36,803 nucleotides of DNA, taken from the sequence record SRR2962707_1379. One strand, 5' to 3'. Made by a program: the position numbers and the translations under genes. The first letter of the stretch is position 1. Each line of letters starts with the position of its first letter. Shown here piece after piece: positions 19,024 to 28,703 of the stretch. The notes beneath the pieces are model-generated. The model was not told the DNA's origin and ran no database searches. It saw nothing but the letters and a program-made list of their open reading frames with translations.

Positions 19024-20078
19024 ACCGCATCTTCTCGGCTCTGTTTGTTGCTATGATGGCCTGTACCGCCTGCCTGGCTCAGGAAGACTCCGCGGTATTC
19101 GGCCTGCCCACGGCAACCGAAACACTGATCGTGCGCAGCACCACCGATATCGGCGTCTTCGCGCCGGTCATGCTCGACTTTCTGGCCAGTCGACCCAATC
19201 TGGCCATTGCCTATGAACAGTGGGGCTCAAACGATCTGGCGACACTGGCGGCCAGCCATTGCGCGGCAGGCAGCGGCAGCGCCGATCTGGTCATCAGCTC
19301 GGCTGTCGATCTGCAGGTCCAGCTGGTCAACAATGGCTGCGCGGTGGCGCACAGATCGCCCGCCACGGACGCCCTGCCCGCCGCGCGCAACTGGCGCAAC
19401 GAGATCTTCGGCATCACCGAGGAACCTGCGGTGTTGATCTACAACACCCAGCTGGTGGCGCCGGACGAAGTGCCCCTGTCACGCTTTGACCTGATCGACC
19501 TGCTGCGCCCCGCCGATTCCCGCTTTGTCGGCCGCGTCGCCACCTATGATATCGAAGCCTCTGGTCTGGGCTATCTGTTCGCCTTCATGGACTCCCTGCA
19601 GGCCAACACTTTTGGTCGGCTGCTTGAAGCTTTTGGCCGTTCGGGCGCTGTGGCCACCTGCTGTTCGGCCGAACTGATCGACGCGGTGGCCGATGGCCGA
19701 TACCTGATCGCCTATAATGTGCTGGGTTCCTACGCGCTGGCCCGCGCCGACAAGGACCCGCGCATCGGCGTTCGGGCGCCCAGCGATTACGCGCTGGTCC
19801 TGTCCCGCGCAGCGCTGATCCCCAAACACGCAAAAAATGTCGGCGCTGCTGGCGGCTTCATCGACTTTCTGCTCTCCAGCGCCGGCCAGACCGCGCTGAG
19901 CGAGGCCCGACTGGTGGTCAGGATCGGCGGAGCCGATGGCGCCGACTTCGATCTGCCCGGTGGCGGACCATCAAGCCTGCGCCCCATCGCCCTGTCACCC
20001 ATTCTGCTGGCTGGCATGGACCAGCACAAACGCCGGATTTTTCTCGACCAATGGCGCCAAAACCTGCGCCAGAAATAG
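19020..20078 (+). CDS. Orphan ABC-type substrate-binding protein (Fe3+/AfuA-like fold) coupled to tctE
   Basis: Signal peptide, ADLVISSAVDLQ, EPAVLIYN and IAYNVLGSYA. ATGA overlap with tctE; no cognate permease or ATPase next to it. Confidence 0.8.
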   Translation: MNRIFSALFVAMMACTACLAQEDSAVFGLPTATETLIVRSTTDIGVFAPVMLDFLASRPNLAIAYEQWGSNDLATLAASHCAAGSGSADLVISSAVDLQVQLVNNGCAVAHRSPATDALPAARNWRNEIFGITEEPAVLIYNTQLVAPDEVPLSRFDLIDLLRPADSRFVGRVATYDIEASGLGYLFAFMDSLQANTFGRLLEAFGRSGAVATCCSAELIDAVADGRYLIAYNVLGSYALARADKDPRIGVRAPSDYALVLSRAALIPKHAKNVGAAGGFIDFLLSSAGQTALSEARLVVRIGGADGADFDLPGGGPSSLRPIALSPILLAGMDQHKRRIFLDQWRQNLRQK

Positions 20079-20271
20079 CGCGGCAACTGCAGCACAGCTT
20101 CAGGGCGATCAGAGCCACACGGCGCGGACCATTCAAACCGCGTCGCCCCTAGCGGCGAGCGCTCACCAGAGTGCGGGTAAGGGCCGGACCTGTGCTGGGA
20201 AGCCCGGAATCTGTTCAACCAAATTCTGGTGGCGGTACCCAGATCAGGCGAGGCAAGCACTGGCAGTGTCC

Positions 20272-20315
20272 TGCAATGTCACCAAACTGACATTGCACCG
20301 TCGCCTCTACGTAAT
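20272..20315 (+). promoter_or_regulatory. Pho-box-like direct repeats nested in a perfect inverted repeat
   Basis: ATGTCAC-CAAA-CTGACAT (20276-20293) against the PhoB consensus CTGTCAT-N4-CTGTCAT, with weaker heptamers CCGTCGC and ACGTAAT in phase. Also TGCAATGTCA-N6-TGACATTGCA. Confidence 0.65.
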
Positions 20316-20361
20316 AGCGGTACCGTAGCAGCACCCCATTCAACAACGAAGGGGGCGCATA

Positions 20362-21945
20362 GTGCCAATTACTCGCAAGTTCTCAACGAACCTCACGAAG
20401 GTAGCGGCAGCACTGCTCCTTACCACATGCTCGTCTCTGGCATTCGCGCAGGATCGACATGATCTGGTTGTTGGCGTAGCCGATTTGCCGGCAACGCTCG
20501 AACCAGGCAAAGAGCTTTCCAATGTTGGCACCCGCGTCAATTACAGCATTTTCGACACGCTGATCCGACGCGACTTTCTCTCGGCGGAAGGCGGCGGCGG
20601 CTCCACCCTGATTCCGGGCTTGGCTACAAGCTGGAGCCGCATCGACGACCTGACACTGGAAGTGAAGCTGCGCGAGGGTGTTACCTTCCACAATGGTGCC
20701 GCCCTGACCGCTGAAGACATCGTTTTTACCTTCTCGCCAGAGCGCCTCAGCGGCGAGAATGCGCTGCTTCCCGAAGGCCCGGCCTATTTCTCCGTGCTTG
20801 ACGAAGTTGTGGCCGTTGATCCCCTTACCGTGCGCTTTGTCACCAAGGCACCCGATCCGCTGCTGGAACAGCGTCTAGCATCCTGGGCATCCTGGGTGGT
20901 CAACAAGGCAGACTGGAAAGCCAAGGCGGCAACCGATGGTGGCGTGCCTATGTTCCCGGTCGGCACCGGCCCCTACATGCTTGAAAGCTACAAGGCTGAC
21001 GAGGCCATCCACCTTGTTGCTTTCGATGACTATTTCGGCGGCATGCCAACAGCCGCTTCGGTGACCTTCCGCGAGGTCCCCGAGCCCTCGACCCGTGTTG
21101 CGGGCCTGGTCTCTGGCGAATTCGACATTGTCACCAATGTTGCACCGGACCAGATCGACCAGATTAACGGGTATGATGACATCGAGACGCGCTCGGTGGT
21201 TCTGGCGAACTCCCATGTGCTGGTCTACAACGTCACCGACACCGTCCTTGACGATATCCGGATCCGCCAGGCCATGAATCTGGGCATCGACCGCGAGCTC
21301 CTCAATCAGGCGCTTTGGGGCGGTCAGGCCGTGGTTCCGAACGGGCACCAGTACCCCGAATACGGCGACATGTATAATCCTGACCATGTCGGGCTCGAAT
21401 ACGCCCCCGACCGCGCCAGGGCGCTTCTGGCCGAGGCTGGATACAATGGCGAGCTCATCCGCTACACAACCCAGCCCAACTACTATCTGAACTCGCTGCC
21501 CGCCGCGCAGGCGATCATCGAGATGTGGAAGGAAATCGGCCTCAACGTCGAACTCAACGTTGTCGAGAGCTTCTCTGGCATCGACCCTTCAACGCTTCAG
21601 GTCCGGACCTGGTCCAATTCGACACGTTATCCCGACCCGGTCGGCGGCCTGTGGAATGTCTGGGGGCCATTTGGCAGCGCCCAGCGCGCGAACAAGAGCT
21701 GGATTGGCACAGAAAACCTCGCCCGTTTCAACGAGTTGGGGGCCATACTGCAAAGCACGGTTGATCTCGAAACGCGCCAGCAGGCGGCTTGGGAAATGCT
21801 CGAGCTGTGGAAGACCGATGCCCCCGGCACGATCCTTTATCAGCCGCTCGAGACCTATGGCGTCGCCAAGGACGTGAACTGGCAGCCGTACACGTTCTAC
21901 TACATGGACCTGCGGCCCGAAAACCTCAGCTTCAATCGCGACTGA
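20362..21945 (+). CDS. ABC transporter family-5 (cluster C) substrate-binding protein, AccA-like
   Basis: Signal peptide and family-5 signature PGLATSW-KLREGVTFHNG. SNVG, IFDTLI-RDF, ASW, NYY, WSN and ILYQP motifs match the Agrobacterium AccA sequence as I recall it. Confidence 0.9.
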   Translation: MPITRKFSTNLTKVAAALLLTTCSSLAFAQDRHDLVVGVADLPATLEPGKELSNVGTRVNYSIFDTLIRRDFLSAEGGGGSTLIPGLATSWSRIDDLTLEVKLREGVTFHNGAALTAEDIVFTFSPERLSGENALLPEGPAYFSVLDEVVAVDPLTVRFVTKAPDPLLEQRLASWASWVVNKADWKAKAATDGGVPMFPVGTGPYMLESYKADEAIHLVAFDDYFGGMPTAASVTFREVPEPSTRVAGLVSGEFDIVTNVAPDQIDQINGYDDIETRSVVLANSHVLVYNVTDTVLDDIRIRQAMNLGIDRELLNQALWGGQAVVPNGHQYPEYGDMYNPDHVGLEYAPDRARALLAEAGYNGELIRYTTQPNYYLNSLPAAQAIIEMWKEIGLNVELNVVESFSGIDPSTLQVRTWSNSTRYPDPVGGLWNVWGPFGSAQRANKSWIGTENLARFNELGAILQSTVDLETRQQAAWEMLELWKTDAPGTILYQPLETYGVAKDVNWQPYTFYYMDLRPENLSFNRD

Positions 21946-22982
21946 TGGCCAGTTTGATCACACAGGGCAGAGGCGGCTTTCGTGCCGCCTCTCAACGCTC
22001 CACCGAGCATTCCGGTGCCGAGCCCGTCCTTCAGATTTCCAACCTCACGGTCTCTTCGGACAACCTCGAACTGGTCGAGCAGGTGAGCCTCGCCGTCATG
22101 CCGGGTGAAACTCTTTGCCTTGTTGGCGAGAGCGGTTGCGGCAAGAGCCTCACCTGCATGTCTGCCCTCGGTCTGCTCGACGAGGGCCTGACGGCCCGTG
22201 GCTCGGTGCGGCTGTTTGGAACGGAAACCCTTGGCGCACCCGAGCGCGTTCTCAACGCCATGCGCGGCCGTGATGTCACCATGATCTTCCAGAACCCCAT
22301 GGCTGCACTCAACCCGGTCAAGCGGGTGGGCCTGCAGATCGCCGAAGCGATCCGGGAGCATACGGATCTGGTTGGCGGCGCAGTGGATCGCCGTGTGGTG
22401 GAACTGCTCGATCAGGTTGGCATTCCCAATGCCGCTCGCCACAAGACCTATTATCCACACCAGCTTTCCGGCGGCATGTGCCAGCGCGTGATGATCGCCA
22501 TGGCACTGGCCTGTCGTCCCAGACTCCTGATCGCAGACGAGCCCACCACGGCGCTTGACGTGACCATTCAGGCGCAGATTTTACGCTTGCTGCGCGATCT
22601 TCAGGACGAGCTGGGACTGGCAATTGTCTTTGTCACGCACGACCTGGGCGTGGTTGCCGAGATCGCCGACCACGTCGCTGTCATGTACGCCGGACGCGTC
22701 GTCGAGGCAGGAACGGTTGACGCACTGTTTGAGGACCCACGCCACCCATACACCCGCGCCTTGATGGCTTGCCGCATCGGTTTTCAGCGCGAGCCCGGCA
22801 CTCCGCTTGATGCCGTTGCGGGCACGGTGCCTGCACCATCCTCCCGCCCTGCAGGCTGCAATTTCGCACCGCGCTGTCCGCAGGTACAGGCACAGTGTCA
22901 GGTCGAGCCCCCACTCACCTCGACGAACACGGGTACGATCGCCTGCCATCTGTTTCCCGCGCAGCCCATGGTGCCACAATGA
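21945..22982 (+). CDS. ABC ATP-binding subunit (DppD/OppD-like)
   Basis: Walker [25 protein letters not shown] and C-terminal [11 protein letters not shown] Cys cluster. TGATG overlap with the binding-protein gene. Confidence 0.93.
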   Translation: MASLITQGRGGFRAASQRSTEHSGAEPVLQISNLTVSSDNLELVEQVSLAVMPGETLCLVGESGCGKSLTCMSALGLLDEGLTARGSVRLFGTETLGAPERVLNAMRGRDVTMIFQNPMAALNPVKRVGLQIAEAIREHTDLVGGAVDRRVVELLDQVGIPNAARHKTYYPHQLSGGMCQRVMIAMALACRPRLLIADEPTTALDVTIQAQILRLLRDLQDELGLAIVFVTHDLGVVAEIADHVAVMYAGRVVEAGTVDALFEDPRHPYTRALMACRIGFQREPGTPLDAVAGTVPAPSSRPAGCNFAPRCPQVQAQCQVEPPLTSTNTGTIACHLFPAQPMVPQ

Positions 22983-23821
22983 AGCCCTCACCCGATCAGG
23001 GCGTCGTCGCATCCCATCTGGTGCAAACCTATCCGGTGGGTCGCACTATTTTCGGCCGTGGCGAACAGTTTCGTGCCGTCGATGGCGTCAGCTTCCATCT
23101 TGAGCAAGGCGAGACCCTTGGGATCGTCGGCGAAAGCGGCAGCGGCAAGTCGACACTGGGTCGGATGATTGCCGGCATTGAGGCACCAACCAGCGGTGAC
23201 GTGACTTTCTGGGGCCAGCGCTACGCGCCCGTTGGCGCAGCACAATGGCGCCGACAGAGGCGGCTGGTGCAGATGGTGTTCCAGAACCCGGCCGCCGTTG
23301 TTGATCCGCGCTGGACCATACACGCCCAGGTTCGCGAAGCGCTGACCACCCATGAAACCCTGGCCCGCGCCGAGGCCGATCATCGTGCTCAGGAAATGCT
23401 TGCGCTTGTCGGGCTCGGGACCATGGGCAATCGTCTGCCGCACCAGCTTTCTGGTGGACAGCTACAACGTGCCGTGATCGCACGAGCGCTTGTGCTCCAG
23501 CCCAAATTGCTGGTTTGCGATGAAGCCGTCAGCGCGCTCGATGTTTCCGTGCAAGCCCAGATCATCAACTTGTTGCTTGAACTCCGCGACAGACTGCAAC
23601 TCTCCCTGCTGTTCATCTCCCACGACCTCTCCGTTGTCCGCCATATCAGCCATCGTGTCGGCGTGATGTATCGCGGCCAGCTGCTCGAAATCGGTGACGC
23701 GCGTACGCTTTTTGAGGCACCGCAGCACAATTACACCCGTCGTCTGCTCGCTGCCATTCCCGCCGACACCCCTCGCCAGCGCCGCGAGCGCGACCTCAAA
23801 ACCTTTGCCGCCCTGCCATGA
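22979..23821 (+). CDS. ABC ATP-binding subunit (DppF/OppF-like)
   Basis: GESGSGKS, LSGGQLQR and DEAVSALD. ATGA overlap. Confidence 0.93.
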   Translation: MKPSPDQGVVASHLVQTYPVGRTIFGRGEQFRAVDGVSFHLEQGETLGIVGESGSGKSTLGRMIAGIEAPTSGDVTFWGQRYAPVGAAQWRRQRRLVQMVFQNPAAVVDPRWTIHAQVREALTTHETLARAEADHRAQEMLALVGLGTMGNRLPHQLSGGQLQRAVIARALVLQPKLLVCDEAVSALDVSVQAQIINLLLELRDRLQLSLLFISHDLSVVRHISHRVGVMYRGQLLEIGDARTLFEAPQHNYTRRLLAAIPADTPRQRRERDLKTFAALP

Positions 23822-23849
23822 GCAGACAGCGCCACACCAGAGTTTTTCC

Positions 23850-24572
23850 ATGAGAATTATCGCCCATCGCGGTTTCAGCGCCGGATTTGCCGAGAACACC
23901 ACCCAGAGCTGGGACGCTGCCTTGGCGGCCGGCGCCTTCGCCATTGAAACAGACATCCGTTTTTCCAGCGATGGCGTCGGTGTTTGCGCCCACGATGCCG
24001 ATCTTGCCCGCCTGTTTCAGCGGCCCGAGCAAGTCAGCGCCCTGCCCTATGCAGAGCTGGCCAAACTTGAGAATGCAGACGGGGCCCGAATTGCACTTCT
24101 TTCGGATGTGCTGAGCTATGTTCGTGACGGCAATCGGGTTCTGCTCGATCTCAAGGAAGAAACGCCGCAAGCTCTGGATCGCCTATGGCAGACAATAAGT
24201 GCTGAGGTGCCGGCAACGCTGCGTCCGCTGCTTATCGCTGGATGCCACTCGCTCGAAGCCGTCCGGTTCTTCTGCGCGCAGGGCGAGACCAGTATTCTGG
24301 GTTTCATTCCCTCACCCGAGCAGGCCGAAGCGTTCTGGCACGCCGGCGCAAGATCAATCCGGCTCTGGGAAAACGATGCATCACCCGCGCTGGTAAAGCG
24401 CCTGCGCAGCCTTGGAGCCGAAGTCTGGGTCACCAGTGGCGGCCATGGCACCGGCCTTGCGGGCGGCGATCACACGGGCACAGACATCGCGCAACTCGCC
24501 CAGTCAGGGGTCAGCGGCCTGTTGGTCAATGACGTGGCCATGGCCACCAGACATGCGGAGGCGCTGGCATGA
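23850..24572 (+). CDS. Glycerophosphodiester phosphodiesterase family protein (cytoplasmic)
   Basis: IIAHRG, ENT, ETDI and HDADL GDPD motifs; no signal peptide. Confidence 0.88.
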   Translation: MRIIAHRGFSAGFAENTTQSWDAALAAGAFAIETDIRFSSDGVGVCAHDADLARLFQRPEQVSALPYAELAKLENADGARIALLSDVLSYVRDGNRVLLDLKEETPQALDRLWQTISAEVPATLRPLLIAGCHSLEAVRFFCAQGETSILGFIPSPEQAEAFWHAGARSIRLWENDASPALVKRLRSLGAEVWVTSGGHGTGLAGGDHTGTDIAQLAQSGVSGLLVNDVAMATRHAEALA

Positions 24573-26005
24573 GCACCGGATCGACGCTGCTTGTAACCTT
24601 CGACGGCCTGCGCCGGGACCGCGCCACGGCCGACCTGATGCCCAATCTTGATCGTTTCATGCGCGAAGGCAGCAATTTCATCCATTCCCGTTCTGTCTTT
24701 CCCAGCGAAACGCGGGTCGCTGTCACATCAACCATGACTGGTTGTCCACCAGGCTCCCACGGCGTGGTAGCCAACCAGTTTATCCACCCGGTGCGCGCCG
24801 ACGGCCTGTTCCGAACCGCTGAATGGGACGATCTCGAACTGGCCGCGCAGGCGGGACAGCTTCTTGACCGGCCCACCATGGGCCAGCACATGGCGAAGGC
24901 AGGCCGCACCATGGCGGTGGTCAGCACGGCCACCAAGGGCGCATCGCGGATGATGAATTCGAGCGCACATGCGCTCAGCCAACCGGTGTTTTCAATGCAT
25001 GGCGCACCCGTTTCCAGTCGGGATCTGCACCAGCAAGTCCTCACCCGGTTCGGCGAAATCCCCGCGGGGGAAGCGCCCAACACGGCCAGAATGACCTATG
25101 CCACCGACGTTTTGATCGGGCTTGTCTACGACACATATGATCCGGACTTCTGCGTCTACTGGATGAATGATCCCGATATGAGTTCTCACGCCTTTGGCGT
25201 GACGGCAGCCCAAACAGCGCAGGCCCAGAAAGGGTGCGACGACAATTTTGGTCGCATTCTTGACTGGTGGCGCGCCGGCAACGGACCCGAAAACATCATT
25301 GTCATGTCGGACCATGGCCAGATCACGGGTCAGCGCCAACTGGCCAATCTGGACATCATACCAGCCGAATTCGCTCGAGCCTCCATTGGCTCGTTCAGTG
25401 GCCTGTATCTCCACGATACGAGCGATCAGAACAAACAAGAGGTGGTTGACTGGCTGACCCGGCAAGATTTCTGCGGGCTGGTCTTCGCCACCGCAGCAAA
25501 TGGCGCGCCCATTGCCGGCGCCCTCCCCTGGAGCGCCGTCCGTAACAATCATGCGCGGGGTGCAGATATCGGCTTTACGCTGCGCGCCACCGACTGTTCC
25601 AAGAACTATGGGCCTGACGTCGACGCTTGCATTTTCGCCGCCTGGATTTCGCCCGGCGGCGGCATGCATGGTGGGCTGAACAAGGGCGAGCTTTCAACCG
25701 TGCTTGCTGCGCAGGGTCCCGCTTATCGCAGCGGCTTCACCACCGAAGCACCATGTTGGCTGCCTGATATCCTGCCAACAGTGCTGACGACAATGGAGCT
25801 GCCTCTGGATGGCACCGAAGGGCGCCCACTGTTCGAAGCACTCGCGGGAGCTGACCCGCGCTTTGGCCTCGTGCCACCCGTCGAAACGCGTCTCCTGCAC
25901 GCCGAATGCAACGGGCACGAACAATATCTGCGCCAATGGATCGTCGATGGTCAGACCATCGTCGACTGCGGTTGGACAGCCGGCACCGGGGCGTGGTCGC
26001 AATGA
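24569..26005 (+). CDS. Alkaline-phosphatase-superfamily nucleotide pyrophosphatase/phosphodiesterase
   Basis: FDGLR, FPSET (Thr nucleophile), DPDMSSH, SDHG and GMHG metal-ligand motifs; no signal peptide. ATGA overlap. Confidence 0.88.
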   Translation: MSTGSTLLVTFDGLRRDRATADLMPNLDRFMREGSNFIHSRSVFPSETRVAVTSTMTGCPPGSHGVVANQFIHPVRADGLFRTAEWDDLELAAQAGQLLDRPTMGQHMAKAGRTMAVVSTATKGASRMMNSSAHALSQPVFSMHGAPVSSRDLHQQVLTRFGEIPAGEAPNTARMTYATDVLIGLVYDTYDPDFCVYWMNDPDMSSHAFGVTAAQTAQAQKGCDDNFGRILDWWRAGNGPENIIVMSDHGQITGQRQLANLDIIPAEFARASIGSFSGLYLHDTSDQNKQEVVDWLTRQDFCGLVFATAANGAPIAGALPWSAVRNNHARGADIGFTLRATDCSKNYGPDVDACIFAAWISPGGGMHGGLNKGELSTVLAAQGPAYRSGFTTEAPCWLPDILPTVLTTMELPLDGTEGRPLFEALAGADPRFGLVPPVETRLLHAECNGHEQYLRQWIVDGQTIVDCGWTAGTGAWSQ

Positions 26006-26943
26006 AATTGACTTTTGTCCTTACCAAGCTGGCCCGCGGCGCGCTGACCCTGCTGCTGGCCGTCACCTTTGTCTTCATCGTGCTTCGCGCCTCGGGCGAC
26101 CCTGCCCAGATCATGATGTCCGACGAAGCCTCCCCCGATGCCATCGCCAGGTTCCGCGAACGATGGGGTCTCGACCGATCCTATCTCGAACAATACCTGA
26201 CCTATCTCTCGGCCATCGCGCAGGGTGACTTCGGCCTCTCCTTTCGCGACGGACGCCCCGCACTCGAGCTGGTGATGGAGCGGGTTCCTGTAACATTGTT
26301 GCTCGGCTCGGCAGCCTTCATGATCACACTGGTCCTGGGTATTCCTTCGGGCATCTTTGCTGCCTTGTCTCGGGGCAAGCTGGTTGACCAACTGACCATG
26401 TCCGCAACGATTTTCGGCCACAGCGTGCCGAATTTCTTCCTCGGCATCATCCTCATCCTGGTGTTCTCAATGACGCTGCGCTGGCTTCCCAGTTCGGGCA
26501 CCGGGACCATCTGGCACCTGCTAATGCCCGCAATAACCCTGGGGACTGGTGCCGCCGCGACAATAGCGCGCTTTACGCGCTCGTCGGTGCTGGACGTCCT
26601 GCACCAACCCTTCATGCGCACCGCCAAGGCCAAGGGCATCCCTTACGACAGGCGGGTGCTGCGTCACGCCCTGCCCAATGCCGCTATTCCGGTCGTGACT
26701 GTGGTCGGCATGCGTATTGGCGGGCTGATTGGTGGTGCCGTCACCATCGAGACGGTATTCGCCTGGCCCGGGGTTGGCCTACTGCTCGTCAACTCGGTCA
26801 ACCAACGCGACCTTGCCGTAGTGCAGGCGGTCGTCCTGCTCATCGCCTTGACCATGGTGGTGGTCAATCTGTGTGTCGACCTCGCCTATGGCTGGCTCGA
26901 TCCGCGCATCGAACTCCATAACAAGCGGGCCGCCAAAGCATGA
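26002..26943 (+). CDS. ABC permease (DppB/OppB-like)
   Basis: SGDPA, GDFGLS, EAA-loop region RTAKAKG-RHALPNA and ETVFAWPG. ATGA overlap. Confidence 0.93.
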   Translation: MKLTFVLTKLARGALTLLLAVTFVFIVLRASGDPAQIMMSDEASPDAIARFRERWGLDRSYLEQYLTYLSAIAQGDFGLSFRDGRPALELVMERVPVTLLLGSAAFMITLVLGIPSGIFAALSRGKLVDQLTMSATIFGHSVPNFFLGIILILVFSMTLRWLPSSGTGTIWHLLMPAITLGTGAAATIARFTRSSVLDVLHQPFMRTAKAKGIPYDRRVLRHALPNAAIPVVTVVGMRIGGLIGGAVTIETVFAWPGVGLLLVNSVNQRDLAVVQAVVLLIALTMVVVNLCVDLAYGWLDPRIELHNKRAAKA

Positions 26944-27845
26944 CAACAATACCTCTTTCTTCCGCCCCCATACCGCTCCGGCGCCTTGGTTGGCTGACTC
27001 GATTGTGGAAGACGCGTCCGCCCGTAGTGATTGGCCTGTCGATCATCTGGCTGGTTGTCGTCCTCGTCGCCGCCCTGTTCGCCGAAGTGCTGGCACCCCA
27101 TGGCTATGCCGACCAGAGCCTGCTCAAGCGGTTGCAGCCGCCGGCCTTTCTGGGTGGGCTCCCTGACTATCTGCTTGGAACTGATGGTCTGGGTCGCGAC
27201 GTGCTCAGCCGGGTCATTTATGCTATGCGGACCAGCATTGTCATTGCTGTGATGGGCACGGTCATCAGCGCGTCCGTCGGCACCGCTCTGGGCATTGTCG
27301 CCGCTCACTTCCGTGGCTGGGTCGATGACCTGATCATGATGCTGGTCGACTTTCAGGCAGCCATACCGTTCCTGATCGTGGCGCTGGCAGTTCTGGCGTT
27401 CTTCGGCAACAATTTCGTGCTGCTGGTGGTGCTGATCGGCCTGTTCGGCTGGGACGGCTATGCGCGTATCGCGCGCGGTCTGGTCCTTTCCACCAATGGC
27501 CAGGGTTACGCGTTCGCGATCCGCACATTGGGTGTCCACCCGGCGCGGGTGTATTTCCGCCATGTACTGCCCAATATGCTGAGCATAATCATGGTACAGA
27601 TCACGTTGAATTTCCCTGAGATCATCCTGCTGGAAACCTCCCTGTCCTTCCTCGGTCTGGGGGTGCAGCCGCCCGGTACCAGCCTGGGCTTGCTGCTGGG
27701 CGAAGGGCGAAACTACCTTGCCACTGCCTGGTGGATCGGCATACCTGCCGGCGTCGTAATCTTCCTCACCACGCTCGCTATCAGTCTCGTTGGAGATTGG
27801 CTGCGTGACATGCTCGACCCAAACCTTAAAGGCGAGATCGCGTGA
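26940..27845 (+). CDS. ABC permease (DppC/OppC-like)
   Basis: LGTDGLGRDVLSR, RHVLPN, LSFLGLG and GDWLRD. ATGA overlap. Confidence 0.93.
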   Translation: MTTIPLSSAPIPLRRLGWLTRLWKTRPPVVIGLSIIWLVVVLVAALFAEVLAPHGYADQSLLKRLQPPAFLGGLPDYLLGTDGLGRDVLSRVIYAMRTSIVIAVMGTVISASVGTALGIVAAHFRGWVDDLIMMLVDFQAAIPFLIVALAVLAFFGNNFVLLVVLIGLFGWDGYARIARGLVLSTNGQGYAFAIRTLGVHPARVYFRHVLPNMLSIIMVQITLNFPEIILLETSLSFLGLGVQPPGTSLGLLLGEGRNYLATAWWIGIPAGVVIFLTTLAISLVGDWLRDMLDPNLKGEIA

Positions 27846-28627
27846 CGCAGCCCCACAACCCTACGCGCCTCCAATCGCTTGACGAACTGGAGTTCTCCGC
27901 TGTCCTCTCGGACCTTGATGGCATTGTCTATCGGGGCGATGACGCTATCGCAGGTGCGGTCGCGCGGTTTAGAAGCTGGCACGACCAGGGCCTGCCCTAC
28001 TGCTTCATCACCAACAATGCCGAAAAATCAGCGGACGACTTCGCCAGCAAGATCATCGGACTTGGCATACCCTGCACGCCCCATCAGGTCGTCTCCGCAG
28101 CAGAGGTGACCCTGGCCTATGTGAGCGCCCGCTATGCCCCCGGCACCCCGGTTTATGTTGTCGGCACGCCGTCATTCAAGAACAGGGTCGAGGAGGCTGG
28201 CTTCGTGCAGACGGGCACGGCAGCGCAAGTGGTTCTCGTCGCACTCGACCGCCAGTTTGATTATTCGATGATGAAGGCCGCCCTGCGCAACGTGCTCGGC
28301 GGCGCCGAGCTCATTGGCACCAATCCGGATCTCATCCGCCCTGTCGATGACGGCTTCGAACCGGGCGCCGGCGCTATCGCACACTCTATCGCCACGGCGG
28401 CGGGTGTCTCGCCAAAGTTCATTGGCAAACCATCACCAGACATCATCCATCTGGCAATGGAACGGCTTGGCGTTCAGGCGCAATCCGCAATCATGCTGGG
28501 CGATCAACTCGATACCGATATCCTGGCCGCGCAGCGCGCCGGCGTAAGGGGCGTGTTCGTCGAAACCGGAGTGCCCATCAACCCCCGAAGCGCTGTAAAA
28601 ACCGAGTATCTTCTGCAGCAGCTTTAG
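27842..28627 (+). CDS. HAD-superfamily subfamily IIA phosphatase (NagD-like)
   Basis: Motif I DLDG, motif II TNN, NPD cap, motif III GKP and motif IV GDQLDTD. GTGA overlap. Confidence 0.9.
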   Translation: MTQPHNPTRLQSLDELEFSAVLSDLDGIVYRGDDAIAGAVARFRSWHDQGLPYCFITNNAEKSADDFASKIIGLGIPCTPHQVVSAAEVTLAYVSARYAPGTPVYVVGTPSFKNRVEEAGFVQTGTAAQVVLVALDRQFDYSMMKAALRNVLGGAELIGTNPDLIRPVDDGFEPGAGAIAHSIATAAGVSPKFIGKPSPDIIHLAMERLGVQAQSAIMLGDQLDTDILAAQRAGVRGVFVETGVPINPRSAVKTEYLLQQL

Positions 28628-28703
28628 CCGCTTCGCGAAAAAGGCATGCTTGCCTCACACCGCCCCGTCTGAGGCTCGGCATTCTGAATCGACGCCTAAT
28701 TTG

